This document shows positions 1 through 9,084 of a DNA stretch of 57,470 nt, piece after piece. The translations under genes and the position numbers were made by a program. A model generated the notes under the pieces. It saw only the letters and a program-made list of their open reading frames with translations. It was not told where the DNA came from and did not search any database. Positions within the stretch are counted from its first letter, which is position 1. Every line of letters begins with the position of its first letter. The DNA lies in contig CAYLYN010000005.1 of NCBI GenBank assembly GCA_964387565.1, forward strand, positions 1-57,470, read 5' to 3'. This DNA comes from an uncultured Rikenellaceae bacterium. GTDB lineage: Bacteria; Bacteroidota; Bacteroidia; Bacteroidales; VadinHA17.

Positions 1-1143
1 ATGTCTGCCGTCCCTCCTGATACACCTGTTACAACACCGGTTGCTGATCCGACAGTTGCCACTCCCGTATTCAGGCTCGTCCATTCTCCCCCGCCTGTGG
101 CATTCGAAAGGGTTGTTGTTGATCCTGTGCATACTTCTGCTGTACCTGTTATGGCTGCAGGAAGAGGGTTTACTGTCACTTCGGCATCTGATGATGTAGC
201 TGAAACACAAATCCCGTTACTTACAACTGCCCTGTATTTAGTTGAAACAGTAAGATTCATTGCAGTGTATGTAGTGGCTGTATTGGCAATATCGGTGGAA
301 GAACCCCAGTTGTTTGTTGAATACTGCCATTTCTCTACTGTGCCTGTATGACCCGATAATGTAAGTACTGTGCTGTTCGTACCTGAACATACTGAAGCAT
401 CTCCTGTAACATCACCTCCAACAGAGGCTGCGTAAACTGTAACTGTCTGTGTTACATAACAACCTGTGGCTGTAATTGTATATTTGATATCGGCAGTGCC
501 ACCTGAAACACCTGTTACAACACCGGTTGCTGATCCGACAGTGGCAACTCCGGTATTAAGGCTGGCCCATTCTCCACCGCCTGTAGCATTTGATAGTGTC
601 GTTGTGGATCCAACACATACCTCGGCTGTGCCTGTTATGGGATCGGGCAGAGGGTTGACTGTTACTTCGGCATCGGTTGACGTTGCAGAAGAACATACTC
701 CACTCTTCACTACTGCCCTGTATTTGGTGGTCAAAGTAAGGTTAGTGGCTGTATAAGTTAAATTTGTATTACTTATATCAATTGGAGTTGTCCAGTTGTC
801 AGTTGAATACTGCCACTTCTCAACCGAACCTGTATGACCTGACAATGTTAGCACTGTACTGTTCGTACCTGAGCAAACTGCTGCATCTCCGGTAACATCT
901 CCTCCTACCGATGCAGGATCAACAGTAACTGATTGTGTAACAAAGCAGCCTGTGGCTGTAATGGTATATTTAATGTCAACAACACCTCCTGAAACACCTG
1001 TCACAATACCGGTTCCTGAACCAACAGTAGCTATTAAATCATCCAAACTGCTCCATGTGCCCCCACCTGTGGCATCAGCCAGTGTTGTTGTTGATCCTAC
1101 ACATACCTCAGCTGTACCCGTAATTGCGGCCGGAAGGGGATTG
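1..1143. repeat. Tandem coding repeats with a period of 486 bp (162 aa), about 2.3 copies inside the adhesin gene. The array continues beyond the window edge.
   Basis: The string cctgtggc occurs at 463-470 and again at 949-956, exactly 486 nt apart. The two full copies translate to near-identical module pairs, with most residues identical by eye. The three + strand shadow ORFs are also mutually similar. Confidence 0.85.
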
Positions 1144-1496
1144 ACTGTCACTGTAGCAACTGACGATGGATTTGGCCCACAATCAGCTGAAACAGAAGTA
1201 ATAACGCAATAATAATAAAATGTTCCTGCCGCAGAAGTATTAGGAGAATAAGTATCAGTTTGTGCTCCGTCTCCAGATCCAAGACTTGTTCCACCAGTAT
1301 TTGAATTTGTGGTATTCGAATACCACTGATAAGTATATCCTCCTGTACCACCTGAAGCAGATACAATTAGACTCACAGTCTCCCCGGCACATATAGTAGT
1401 GGTAGCTGCAGGTCCGGTAATAGTACAATCAACAGCGGATGCACTGAAAAAACCTGCCAACAAACTCAGTATTAATATTAAAATTCGCTTTTTCAT
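1..1496 (-). CDS. Secreted multi-repeat Ig-like/Big_2-like surface adhesin. Only the N-terminal 498 codons are present because the ORF runs off the left edge. It is absent from the supplied ORF track because there is no stop in the window.
   Basis: I translated the minus strand by hand from the ATG at 1496. It reads MKKRILILILSLLAGFFSASAVDCTITGP (signal peptide) and stays open to position 3. Two module types alternate. One is Big_2-like: ITGTAEVCVGSTTTL..GGG.W.S....ATV....G.VTGVSGG.ADIKYTITATGC. The other is Ig-like: GHTG.VEKWQYS......YRAVV..G.C.SATS.DAEVTVNP. The + strand ORFs 1-351, 466-756 and 952-1212 are antisense shadows of it. Confidence 0.8.
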   Translation of the reverse strand, partial: MKKRILILILSLLAGFFSASAVDCTITGPAATTTICAGETVSLIVSASGGTGGYTYQWYSNTTNSNTGGTSLGSGDGAQTDTYSPNTSAAGTFYYYCVITSVSADCGPNPSSVATVTVNPLPAAITGTAEVCVGSTTTLADATGGGTWSSLDDLIATVGSGTGIVTGVSGGVVDIKYTITATGCFVTQSVTVDPASVGGDVTGDAAVCSGTNSTVLTLSGHTGSVEKWQYSTDNWTTPIDISNTNLTYTATNLTLTTKYRAVVKSGVCSSATSTDAEVTVNPLPDPITGTAEVCVGSTTTLSNATGGGEWASLNTGVATVGSATGVVTGVSGGTADIKYTITATGCYVTQTVTVYAASVGGDVTGDASVCSGTNSTVLTLSGHTGTVEKWQYSTNNWGSSTDIANTATTYTAMNLTVSTKYRAVVSNGICVSATSSDAEVTVNPLPAAITGTAEVCTGSTTTLSNATGGGEWTSLNTGVATVGSATGVVTGVSGGTAD

Positions 1497-1548
1497 CTAC
1501 CTTTCATTTTCTCAGGTCATATTGAGGTAAAATTAAATACCTGGCTGA

Positions 1549-2802
1549 TCAGAACCTGAATTTTAATAAACTGATCATAGAATTACTCTCATATCTGTCT
1601 ATACCGACAGCATAAATATTTCCTGCTTCGTCTGATATTACATCATTAACCGACTGGCTCCCCGTACTTCCAAAAATGACTTGTTTTCCTGGTAAAAGGT
1701 TGCCTTCATCATCAGTAATAAAAACTATCATCCTGGAAGAACTTCCGCTACCGGCCTGACCAGCCATCACAAAGTAACTGGTCTTATACCTTGCAATGGA
1801 ATGGATTGAAAAAGAGACAGCGGATCCGGATGAGGATTCTATAGTTATAGCATGCTCATAAACCGGCTCCTCAAAGATATTCCGCTGCAATTCCCATACA
1901 TAGGCACTCTGGCCCGATGCTTCCGTACCATTAGTGGAAACAACCAGGTAACCATCGTCAAGCACTTCAATATCAGCTGCATTCTCCTCAGCAACGCCTC
2001 CTATTATCCTTTGCTGGTTGAAATTTCCCTGTAAGTCAATCTTTACCAGAAGGATATTATTAAGGCTCTGTAAATCAGATGTCTTTTGTGAATTGTCAGT
2101 TGTTGCAAGGACTATATATCCGCCACCGATATCCTCTTTTATTGTTACAGCATCATCATTCCCCGGGTAACCTGCGGCCCAGTTGCCGGTTTCCGACAGA
2201 TTATTATCAAGTTTCATCACAAGGATATCTTTCTTCCCTGCCACGTTCCCTGACGATTCAGTGGTGGCAACCCTATCTGCATCTGTTACACCCAGTACAA
2301 TAAATCCCCACGATGTCTTAAGCAGATCAACAGCATACTGATTATAATTATCGCCCGTTTTTTTATATACCTTTTGTGAGATAAGGCTACCCTGACCATC
2401 TGTCTTAACTATATATACATCCTTAAGTTTTGTTACGGCATCAACGGAATATCCCACACAGACAACAGACCCGTCATCAAGCACTACTGCCTTTGAACCA
2501 ACATTATATGATTCGTCTCCATAAAGATATTTCCATATCTGTTCCCCGTTATTATCAACTTTTATAAGCCCCAGCCTTTTAGAGGATTCTGCAGTGCTTA
2601 TCCTGTTTTCACCTTCAGTTCTTCTGACATCAGTGAGCTGCCCGGAAATAATAAACCCATCCCCGGCTTTTGCAATCCCGTAACCGATATCTTCCATGGC
2701 ATCACCATAGATCCTTACTATATTATTATTGATATCATCAGTCTTCCTGCATGAAGAGATAACAGCTGAAAACATCAATGTAAATAAAATTAACTTTCTC
2801 AT
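1549..2802 (-). CDS. Lipoprotein of unknown function with beta-propeller-like internal repeats
   Basis: The N-terminus MRKLILFTLMFSAVISSCRK is a signal II/lipobox-like sequence with Cys. A blade-like pattern recurs: LIKVDNNGEQIW, YIVKTDGQG, ILVMKLDNN, ILLVKIDLQGN, SLLKFRF. The stop lies 52 nt upstream of the adhesin start. Confidence 0.6.
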   Translation of the reverse strand: MRKLILFTLMFSAVISSCRKTDDINNNIVRIYGDAMEDIGYGIAKAGDGFIISGQLTDVRRTEGENRISTAESSKRLGLIKVDNNGEQIWKYLYGDESYNVGSKAVVLDDGSVVCVGYSVDAVTKLKDVYIVKTDGQGSLISQKVYKKTGDNYNQYAVDLLKTSWGFIVLGVTDADRVATTESSGNVAGKKDILVMKLDNNLSETGNWAAGYPGNDDAVTIKEDIGGGYIVLATTDNSQKTSDLQSLNNILLVKIDLQGNFNQQRIIGGVAEENAADIEVLDDGYLVVSTNGTEASGQSAYVWELQRNIFEEPVYEHAITIESSSGSAVSFSIHSIARYKTSYFVMAGQAGSGSSSRMIVFITDDEGNLLPGKQVIFGSTGSQSVNDVISDEAGNIYAVGIDRYESNSMISLLKFRF

Positions 2803-2805
2803 GAC

Positions 2806-3876
2806 CTACTGGTTCTTTTTTGAAGGTTTATAGAAGATCTGAGTATAACCGATGCTGAAATTCAGTGTGTTAATATTGAAATCATCATCAGCCAAATGAT
2901 AAGAACTAAGTTCGGCAGAACTGTGATCTGCCGTCGGAAGTGATGGCCTTACAGTCTGATTAAAGAGTCCGAAACCGGAACGGGCTTCTGCAAAAATATA
3001 ACCGCCTCTGGTCTTAAGTTTTACTCCTGCACCTGCCTGACCGAAAATATCCAGTGCTATCCTGGCATCCCTGCGGTTTATATCCGGACCTGTAACAGGC
3101 TGTCCGTTAATATCGGATGGACTAAATTCAGCTGTTGCAGTTGAGGAAAGCAAAATTGCAGGACCGGCACCCAGACGAACATAAGGTGTGATCTTTCCGA
3201 AATTCTTTATGTTATAATTTACAGAAACAGGTACTTCGATCCTGCTCTGCCGTTCATTATATTGCGATGTCCCGATGTTGAGTATCTTTTCTGTTTTTGT
3301 GAATGCGACCTGTGAGAATCCGGCTTCAGCATTCAGTTCAATTTTGCCTGTGAGCCTGAATTTTGCTTCAAGTCCACCGTACAGGTTCAGGGCATTAAAC
3401 GTGTACTGGCCTTCAGAAGAATTTCCCGATACTGACCGGTGGTCTATGAATGTGGTAAAGGGAAGATTGGTACCTAACCTTAGAGATATCTGTACAACAG
3501 GATCTACCTGAAAATTATTGTAAAGGTGAACAAACGAAGAATGATCCGTTTCACTTAGCTGATACTCCGGGTTTCTTTTAAGAAAATTGAGCATTGCTGA
3601 ATCGGCCTTTTCAAGCTCATCTTCAAACAGGTAGGTCTGAATGATAAGTTTATAAGCAGCCAGTGACTCTTCACGGTTAAATCCTGATTTAAGACACTCC
3701 TGAAGCAATCCGGCCACCTGCTCAACCTGGCCCCTGTCAAACAGGTTCTGCGCAGTCTGCAGCTTTTCGGCGCAGCTTCCAGCTTCTGCCTCCTGAGCCG
3801 ATAAAGCTACCGGGAAACAAGCCAGGAACAACAAGATGAGGCAATTTCGGATAAGACACTGAAAGAAAATTTTCAT
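2806..3876 (-). CDS. Outer-membrane protein with a signal peptide, a short TPR-like helical region and a beta-barrel
   Basis: The signal ends ...FPVALSAQE. Residues around 35-110 are helical and TPR-like (AQNLFDRGQVEQVAGLLQECL...AAYKLIIQTYLFEDELEKADSAM). The C-terminal two thirds show an alternating amphipathic beta pattern ending TLNFSIGYTQIFYK. There are only 3 nt between its stop and the next gene's start. Confidence 0.6.
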   Translation of the reverse strand: MKIFFQCLIRNCLILLFLACFPVALSAQEAEAGSCAEKLQTAQNLFDRGQVEQVAGLLQECLKSGFNREESLAAYKLIIQTYLFEDELEKADSAMLNFLKRNPEYQLSETDHSSFVHLYNNFQVDPVVQISLRLGTNLPFTTFIDHRSVSGNSSEGQYTFNALNLYGGLEAKFRLTGKIELNAEAGFSQVAFTKTEKILNIGTSQYNERQSRIEVPVSVNYNIKNFGKITPYVRLGAGPAILLSSTATAEFSPSDINGQPVTGPDINRRDARIALDIFGQAGAGVKLKTRGGYIFAEARSGFGLFNQTVRPSLPTADHSSAELSSYHLADDDFNINTLNFSIGYTQIFYKPSKKNQ

Positions 3877-3978
3877 GTGTAAATTATTTTAATTCACAGG
3901 TCACATGGAACCCACATGCAGATAGATTTTTCATGTTTTTTTGTGTTTTAGAACATGAGGGTTTCATCACAGTTATCC

Positions 3979-6900
3979 TTATTTAATTGGATTCATTTTA
4001 ATATTCAGACTCTTTTCAGGACAGGTCTTCTCAAGAGGAATATCCCTGCCAACATAGGTATTCCATTCATCCTGGGTCATATTACGCGAAAGCTTGTTAC
4101 ATACATCCTGTACCAGGTTATCAACGTGTGCAGGACGGCTCACAAGGTTCTCCTTATCATCATAGGAACCTGATACAATAAGCTGCCCGTCAGGACTGAA
4201 CTGTATTACCATAACGAACTTTTCATGGTCATTAAAGGTTAAAGGAGGTTCAGTAAGATCAGTGATATCTTTAATATTGAATATTTTAAGCGTCTGATCG
4301 TTACTTGCGGTTGCCATCTGCTTAAGCCTGTTATTGAACTGTATATCATTAACCTGAGCGGTATGCGCTTTTACATCTGATATTTTTCTGCGCTGAATTA
4401 TATCCCATAGTTCAACTGTTCCGTTAACATCTCCAAGTGCCAGAATATTATTGTCAGGATTAAACCTCACTACTTTTATGTTTTTACCAACTGTTTCAAT
4501 CCTGAAATTATCTGCTTTATTTTCCTGGTTCCATACCACAACTCCTCCTTCACTATTTATCCCGGCTACATATTTTCCGTTAAGTGAAACATCAATAGAT
4601 GTAAGAGGCAAAGTACCATCAGTCAAATTTGAACTGGTCCGTGCCGATAGATCCCATTTAAGAACTTTTCCATCAAGCGAAGCTGAATAGAGATACTTAC
4701 CGTCATAAGAGAAAATAAGTGACTTAAGTTTACCCTTGTGCCCGGTCATCTCATATCCCTGACTGTTCCCTTTAAGTGACACCATTTTAATTGACGCATT
4801 ACTGCTACCCATGGCAAGCCATGAAGCATCAGGGCTCACTGTCAGAACCTCAATTATATCTGTTCCGGAGTATACTATCTGAAGTGACTGATCCTCTCCG
4901 TCGAGCGACCATTTCAATACCTTCCCGTCATATCCTGAGGTGAAGAACTCCCGTTTGCCGGGAACAAATGCAATACTTCTTATTCCACCTGTGTGGCCGT
5001 GGAACGATTTATAGTTTACATTTCCATAGTTTTTGGCGACATTATAAAGCCCGGCATAGATATCAGCATCGTTATCAATGCCTCCGTTATTCTTGTTAAA
5101 TATATAAGCCTGGTATGCAAGCAGAGACTGAAGGTCTTTCTGCCCCTGTACCTGTAATGACTTTATTGACATGGACTTACCTATTGACAGCATCCTGAGT
5201 CTGAGAGCAGCATTTCTCTGTTCAAGGGCAGTCTGTGCATTCTGGTCAGCTCTTAAACTTGCTCTCTTGGCAGAATCAGATTGTTCAAGTGCTATCTGCT
5301 GTTGCTGTAAAGCATAAGCCTCATTTTCAACTGCCAGTTTTCTCTGGGCTTCGGCAAATATCCTCTGCCGCTCCGCTTCTTCAGCATTCCTTGTAGCTAC
5401 TGTGGCGTTTGAGTCTGCCACTACCCTTGCTTCAATAGCTTCAACTGTAGATGAGTCAGCTCTTACCTTTTCTCTTTCAGCCTGTATCCTTCTCTCCTCA
5501 GCAAGTACCGTCTGCCTGTCGGCAGCAATCTTCTGAACGAAGGCAAAGAGCATGAATCCGACAGAAATGATAGCTGCAACTCCAAGGATCAGGGCAACAA
5601 TCCTTGTCCTTCTCATCTGCCGCTTCTGCAGTCTGATCTTATTCTCTTCCTCTTCCAGGTACTCCTTCTCACTTGTCCGCAGATAGACCATTGCACGTTC
5701 AAATGCCGGGTTATACCTTTCGGCCCATGCAAGTGTGGGCTTATGCTTATCGCGCCAGTTTATTGCAAGCTGAAGGTCAGGTGGTCTCCACAGACTCGTC
5801 TTGCCCTGCTGGTACATCGCCGAAGCTTCCGAAAGCCTTAAATACATCTGCACTGATGCAGCCTCATCATCGACCCACTCCCTGAGCCTGTCCCATAAAC
5901 GCATAAGACTTTCGTGTGACAGATCGATAATGGAATTATCATCAAGAGACACATTCTGCCTTGGTGTAATAAATGATCTTGATGGTATCCTGAATTTCTC
6001 AACCACTTCAAAAAGATCCTCACTTGTACATCCTGCAATGGATTTTATTTCAGTTACGGAAGAGGGGTGACGCAGACCTTTGTTATCTGAACCTTTTTCT
6101 GTTATTGTTTTGAACATAATTTCGCAAACCTCCCTGCCTTTAGGGCTAAGCTCTTCATAAGCTTCGTTTGCATGCAGCGACATCGCATCGCTCATTGTTC
6201 CAACCGAGTCATAATCGGTCTTATCAATAGGTCTGTCAGGATCATCAAGTTCCTGCCAGCGGTTCCAGGTTCTCATCATAGCATGCTGAAGAACAGGCAG
6301 CTGATCAGTTCTGTCACCAATGTCCTTTAGAAGTATTTCTACCAGTCTGGGATCGATCTTAGCCCCGGCATAATTCACAGGACCTGTTATAGCTTCCCGG
6401 TAGTTTTCAGTCCCCATATGAGGGACGAGATAATTGCTGTTGTTTATTAATTGTGTAAGCCCCTGATAATGTGCACATTCTCCAATAAAATCGGAACGCA
6501 TTGTAACTATTGTGAAAACATTAACAGCGCTCTGGCCCACGGAATTTACAACACAATCAACGAATTTTGCAGTTGCTGCATGACTTGAATCACCTTTACC
6601 TAGTGAACTGTAGCGGAATAACTCTTCAAACTGGTCGACAACAATCAAAACCTTTCCCCCATCTCTCTGTATCATCTTTCTGACAGCTTCCGTAATTCCA
6701 TCCGGACTGGTGAGAAGCTCTTTCATAATGTTTTCTTTCTTTGCTGCCATGCCAGAGCCATTAGCAGATCCCTCTGCCATTGCCTCAGCCAGATTTCCAA
6801 AAGGATCATTCCCCGGTCTGAAAGATATTATCTTCCATGGTCCTGAATTACTTGTATCAAGCTTTCTTACCCTGGGTAAAACGCCGCAGTAGATGAGAGA

Positions 6901-7074
6901 AGATTTACCGCTTCCTGAGGCTCCTATTACTGTAACAAACCTGTTATTCAACAGTTTGCCCAATACTTCCTCACTCTCACCAGCCCGGCCGAAAAAGAGA
7001 TCACTCTCTTCCGGGGCAAAAGGTCTCAATCCGGGGAAGGGATTGAATTTCTTTGTTTCTGTTATCGGACCCAT
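3979..7074 (-). CDS. STAND-class P-loop NTPase (NACHT/nSTAND-like) with a winged-helix-like region, a single TM helix, a long coiled coil and WD40 repeats
   Basis: The N-terminal motif is NPFPGLRPFAPEESDLFFGRAGE. Walker A is VIGASGSGKSS and Walker B is VLIVVDQFEELF. A hydrophobic helix IVALILGVAAIISVGFMLFAFV sits near aa 490-510 (nt ~5545-5610) and is preceded by KRQMRRTR. A Q/A/E/R-rich heptad region of roughly 130 aa follows. WD40 units include HGHTGGIRSIAF..SGYDGKVLKWSL, TGHKGKLKSLIFS..SASLDGKVLKWDL and AHTAQVNDIQF..TASNDQTLKIFNI. Confidence 0.8.
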   Translation of the reverse strand: MGPITETKKFNPFPGLRPFAPEESDLFFGRAGESEEVLGKLLNNRFVTVIGASGSGKSSLIYCGVLPRVRKLDTSNSGPWKIISFRPGNDPFGNLAEAMAEGSANGSGMAAKKENIMKELLTSPDGITEAVRKMIQRDGGKVLIVVDQFEELFRYSSLGKGDSSHAATAKFVDCVVNSVGQSAVNVFTIVTMRSDFIGECAHYQGLTQLINNSNYLVPHMGTENYREAITGPVNYAGAKIDPRLVEILLKDIGDRTDQLPVLQHAMMRTWNRWQELDDPDRPIDKTDYDSVGTMSDAMSLHANEAYEELSPKGREVCEIMFKTITEKGSDNKGLRHPSSVTEIKSIAGCTSEDLFEVVEKFRIPSRSFITPRQNVSLDDNSIIDLSHESLMRLWDRLREWVDDEAASVQMYLRLSEASAMYQQGKTSLWRPPDLQLAINWRDKHKPTLAWAERYNPAFERAMVYLRTSEKEYLEEEENKIRLQKRQMRRTRIVALILGVAAIISVGFMLFAFVQKIAADRQTVLAEERRIQAEREKVRADSSTVEAIEARVVADSNATVATRNAEEAERQRIFAEAQRKLAVENEAYALQQQQIALEQSDSAKRASLRADQNAQTALEQRNAALRLRMLSIGKSMSIKSLQVQGQKDLQSLLAYQAYIFNKNNGGIDNDADIYAGLYNVAKNYGNVNYKSFHGHTGGIRSIAFVPGKREFFTSGYDGKVLKWSLDGEDQSLQIVYSGTDIIEVLTVSPDASWLAMGSSNASIKMVSLKGNSQGYEMTGHKGKLKSLIFSYDGKYLYSASLDGKVLKWDLSARTSSNLTDGTLPLTSIDVSLNGKYVAGINSEGGVVVWNQENKADNFRIETVGKNIKVVRFNPDNNILALGDVNGTVELWDIIQRRKISDVKAHTAQVNDIQFNNRLKQMATASNDQTLKIFNIKDITDLTEPPLTFNDHEKFVMVIQFSPDGQLIVSGSYDDKENLVSRPAHVDNLVQDVCNKLSRNMTQDEWNTYVGRDIPLEKTCPEKSLNIKMNPIK

Positions 7075-7091
7075 AATTAATAATTTCCGTA

Positions 7092-9074
7092 CTAAACTCT
7101 AACTCCTATCACCAGGATATCATCTATCTGTTCATTATCTCCTTTCCATTCATTAAGTCTGCGGTTAAGAGCCTCTTTCTGCTGGCTCATTGGCAGGGAA
7201 TGCACTTCAAGGAGAAGTTCCTGAAACCTCCTGAGCATGAATTTTTTATTATCCGGACCGCCAAACTGGTCGGGATATCCATCGGAAAACATATAAATAC
7301 AATCTCCATCAATAATATCTATCATATTGTTTGAAAATGGTTTAGGAACACCACCCTCATATACTCCGATAGGGTATCTGTCGCCTTTGTATAAGGTAAC
7401 CTCATCATTTCTGATCATTACCATAGGATTGTTTGCCCCGGCAAATTCCAGTTTTTTTGCTTCCAGATCAAAGATACAGAGGGCCATATCCATACCGTCC
7501 TTGATAGAATTCTCTGAGAGATTTTCATTAAGTGTATTGATGACACCTGCATTTAGTTCATCCATAATTGAGGCAGCAGACCTGGCTTTCTTTACGCTTA
7601 CGGCATAGTTAAGCTGGTTAAACCCTACAATCGACATAAATGCACCAGGCACTCCATGCCCGGTACAGTCTACAGCAGCTATCATGCATAAACCATCTAC
7701 ACCATTCATCCAGTAAAAATCACCGCTGACAATATCCTTGGGCAGATAAAGTACAAAGTATTCACTGAAACAGGCATCGATAACATTAAATGACGGCAAT
7801 ATTGCATTTTGTATCCTTCTGGCATAATAAATGCTGTCCATAATGTGCTTTTTCTGCTCTTCAATCTCCTCTTTTTGCTTTTCTATCTTCTCAGTCCTTT
7901 CCTTCACCTTCTCCTCCAGCTCATAGGTATAACTTTCAAGCTGGGCAATCATCATATTGAATTTCTCTGTAAGCCTTGTTATTTCGTTATTGCCTGAAAC
8001 CTCTGCTCTCTCTCTCAGATCACCGTTTGTGATCCTGTCAACATTCTCAACAAGCTTCTTTATAGGCAGAGTTATAACCTTTGTTTTGCGGTATATCACT
8101 CCGCTAAGTACCAGCATTGTTACAAAAAATACCAGGATAAACCTGAGTGCCTCATTCCTGAAGAGCTCCTGCTGGGCAGTCCGGTCAGAAATGATCCTGA
8201 TAACCGAACCCTTGTACAGGCTAGAACTGGATTTATCCTTGCCTGTTGCACGTTCCATATAGATATAATTGTAATGATACCACTTATCACCCTCCTGCTG
8301 CATTAGCTCAATGGTATCCTTGTACTGAAATACCTGCAGCAGCATATCGTCCTGGTTATCAATCCTCAGAACATTTTTATTCATGCTGAAAGGTTCGTCA
8401 GCCATCAGGAATAGTTCGACATCAATAATCCCTTCAGTTTCACTTTTCAATTCAGCCTTGGTATCTTCAATAGCCTGGACGATATCGTCCACCTGTTTTG
8501 AATAGGCTCCAAGCTCAATAATATATTTCTTATCACGGGTAGCCTGGTAGGAGAATTTCTTAGGCCTTTTGGTCGCCTGTTCAATAGCAAACAGTTCTGA
8601 AACAAATTCACCTGATTTCTGTATATCCTGCAGGGTTTTTTTCATATTCTCCCCGAGGGAAAATAGATTAAAACCCAGGTCTTGTTTGAAGGTAGTATTT
8701 ATGATTACCCCGTCGGATGAAATAATATAGATATCCTCATTCTGGTTATCCATTCCTATCTCATCAGCAATTTTAACCAGATCAGCTTTCTCAATACCAT
8801 CAGTATTTGCAAAATATCTATCGACAAGCAGAGAGCTCAGTTCCCTGAACCTGTTATTATACTGATCATCAATAATATTCGTGGCAATATCCTGAAATTT
8901 AAGAATTTTAGTGACCTCATTTGCCAGCAGTTTATTTTTCTCATCAGTACCGGTACTGAGAATTGAACGTGTACGTGTAAAATTGATTCCTGCAATAACA
9001 AGAAGAGCAACAACAGTGGGTATTGCTATATTGAAAATGAACTGCCGGAATATTGTCGTCTTTCTCAGGGCCAT
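7092..9074 (-). CDS. Membrane sensor PP2C (SpoIIE/RsbU-type) serine phosphatase with TM1, an extracytoplasmic Cache-like domain, TM2, HAMP, a coiled coil and a PPM domain
   Basis: There are two TM helices: FIFNIAIPTVVALLVIAGINF and ALRFILVFFVTMLVLSGVIY. The HAMP-like segment is LPIKKLVENVDRITNGDLRERAEVSGNNEITRLTEKFNMM. The PPM motifs are RRIQNAILP, SGDFYWM, AAVDCTGHGVPGAFMS and MFSDGYPDQFG. Its stop is 17 nt from the STAND gene start. Confidence 0.8.
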   Translation of the reverse strand: MALRKTTIFRQFIFNIAIPTVVALLVIAGINFTRTRSILSTGTDEKNKLLANEVTKILKFQDIATNIIDDQYNNRFRELSSLLVDRYFANTDGIEKADLVKIADEIGMDNQNEDIYIISSDGVIINTTFKQDLGFNLFSLGENMKKTLQDIQKSGEFVSELFAIEQATKRPKKFSYQATRDKKYIIELGAYSKQVDDIVQAIEDTKAELKSETEGIIDVELFLMADEPFSMNKNVLRIDNQDDMLLQVFQYKDTIELMQQEGDKWYHYNYIYMERATGKDKSSSSLYKGSVIRIISDRTAQQELFRNEALRFILVFFVTMLVLSGVIYRKTKVITLPIKKLVENVDRITNGDLRERAEVSGNNEITRLTEKFNMMIAQLESYTYELEEKVKERTEKIEKQKEEIEEQKKHIMDSIYYARRIQNAILPSFNVIDACFSEYFVLYLPKDIVSGDFYWMNGVDGLCMIAAVDCTGHGVPGAFMSIVGFNQLNYAVSVKKARSAASIMDELNAGVINTLNENLSENSIKDGMDMALCIFDLEAKKLEFAGANNPMVMIRNDEVTLYKGDRYPIGVYEGGVPKPFSNNMIDIIDGDCIYMFSDGYPDQFGGPDNKKFMLRRFQELLLEVHSLPMSQQKEALNRRLNEWKGDNEQIDDILVIGVRV

Positions 9075-9084
9075 CAGATAAATA

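Noticed and set aside
1-1212. Three + strand ORFs (1-351, 466-756 and 952-1212) that are Pro/Thr/Val-rich and mutually similar
   Set aside because: They are antisense shadows of the continuous 498-codon minus-strand adhesin ORF. Their similarity only reflects the 486-bp tandem repeat, and they lack start context and recognisable folds.
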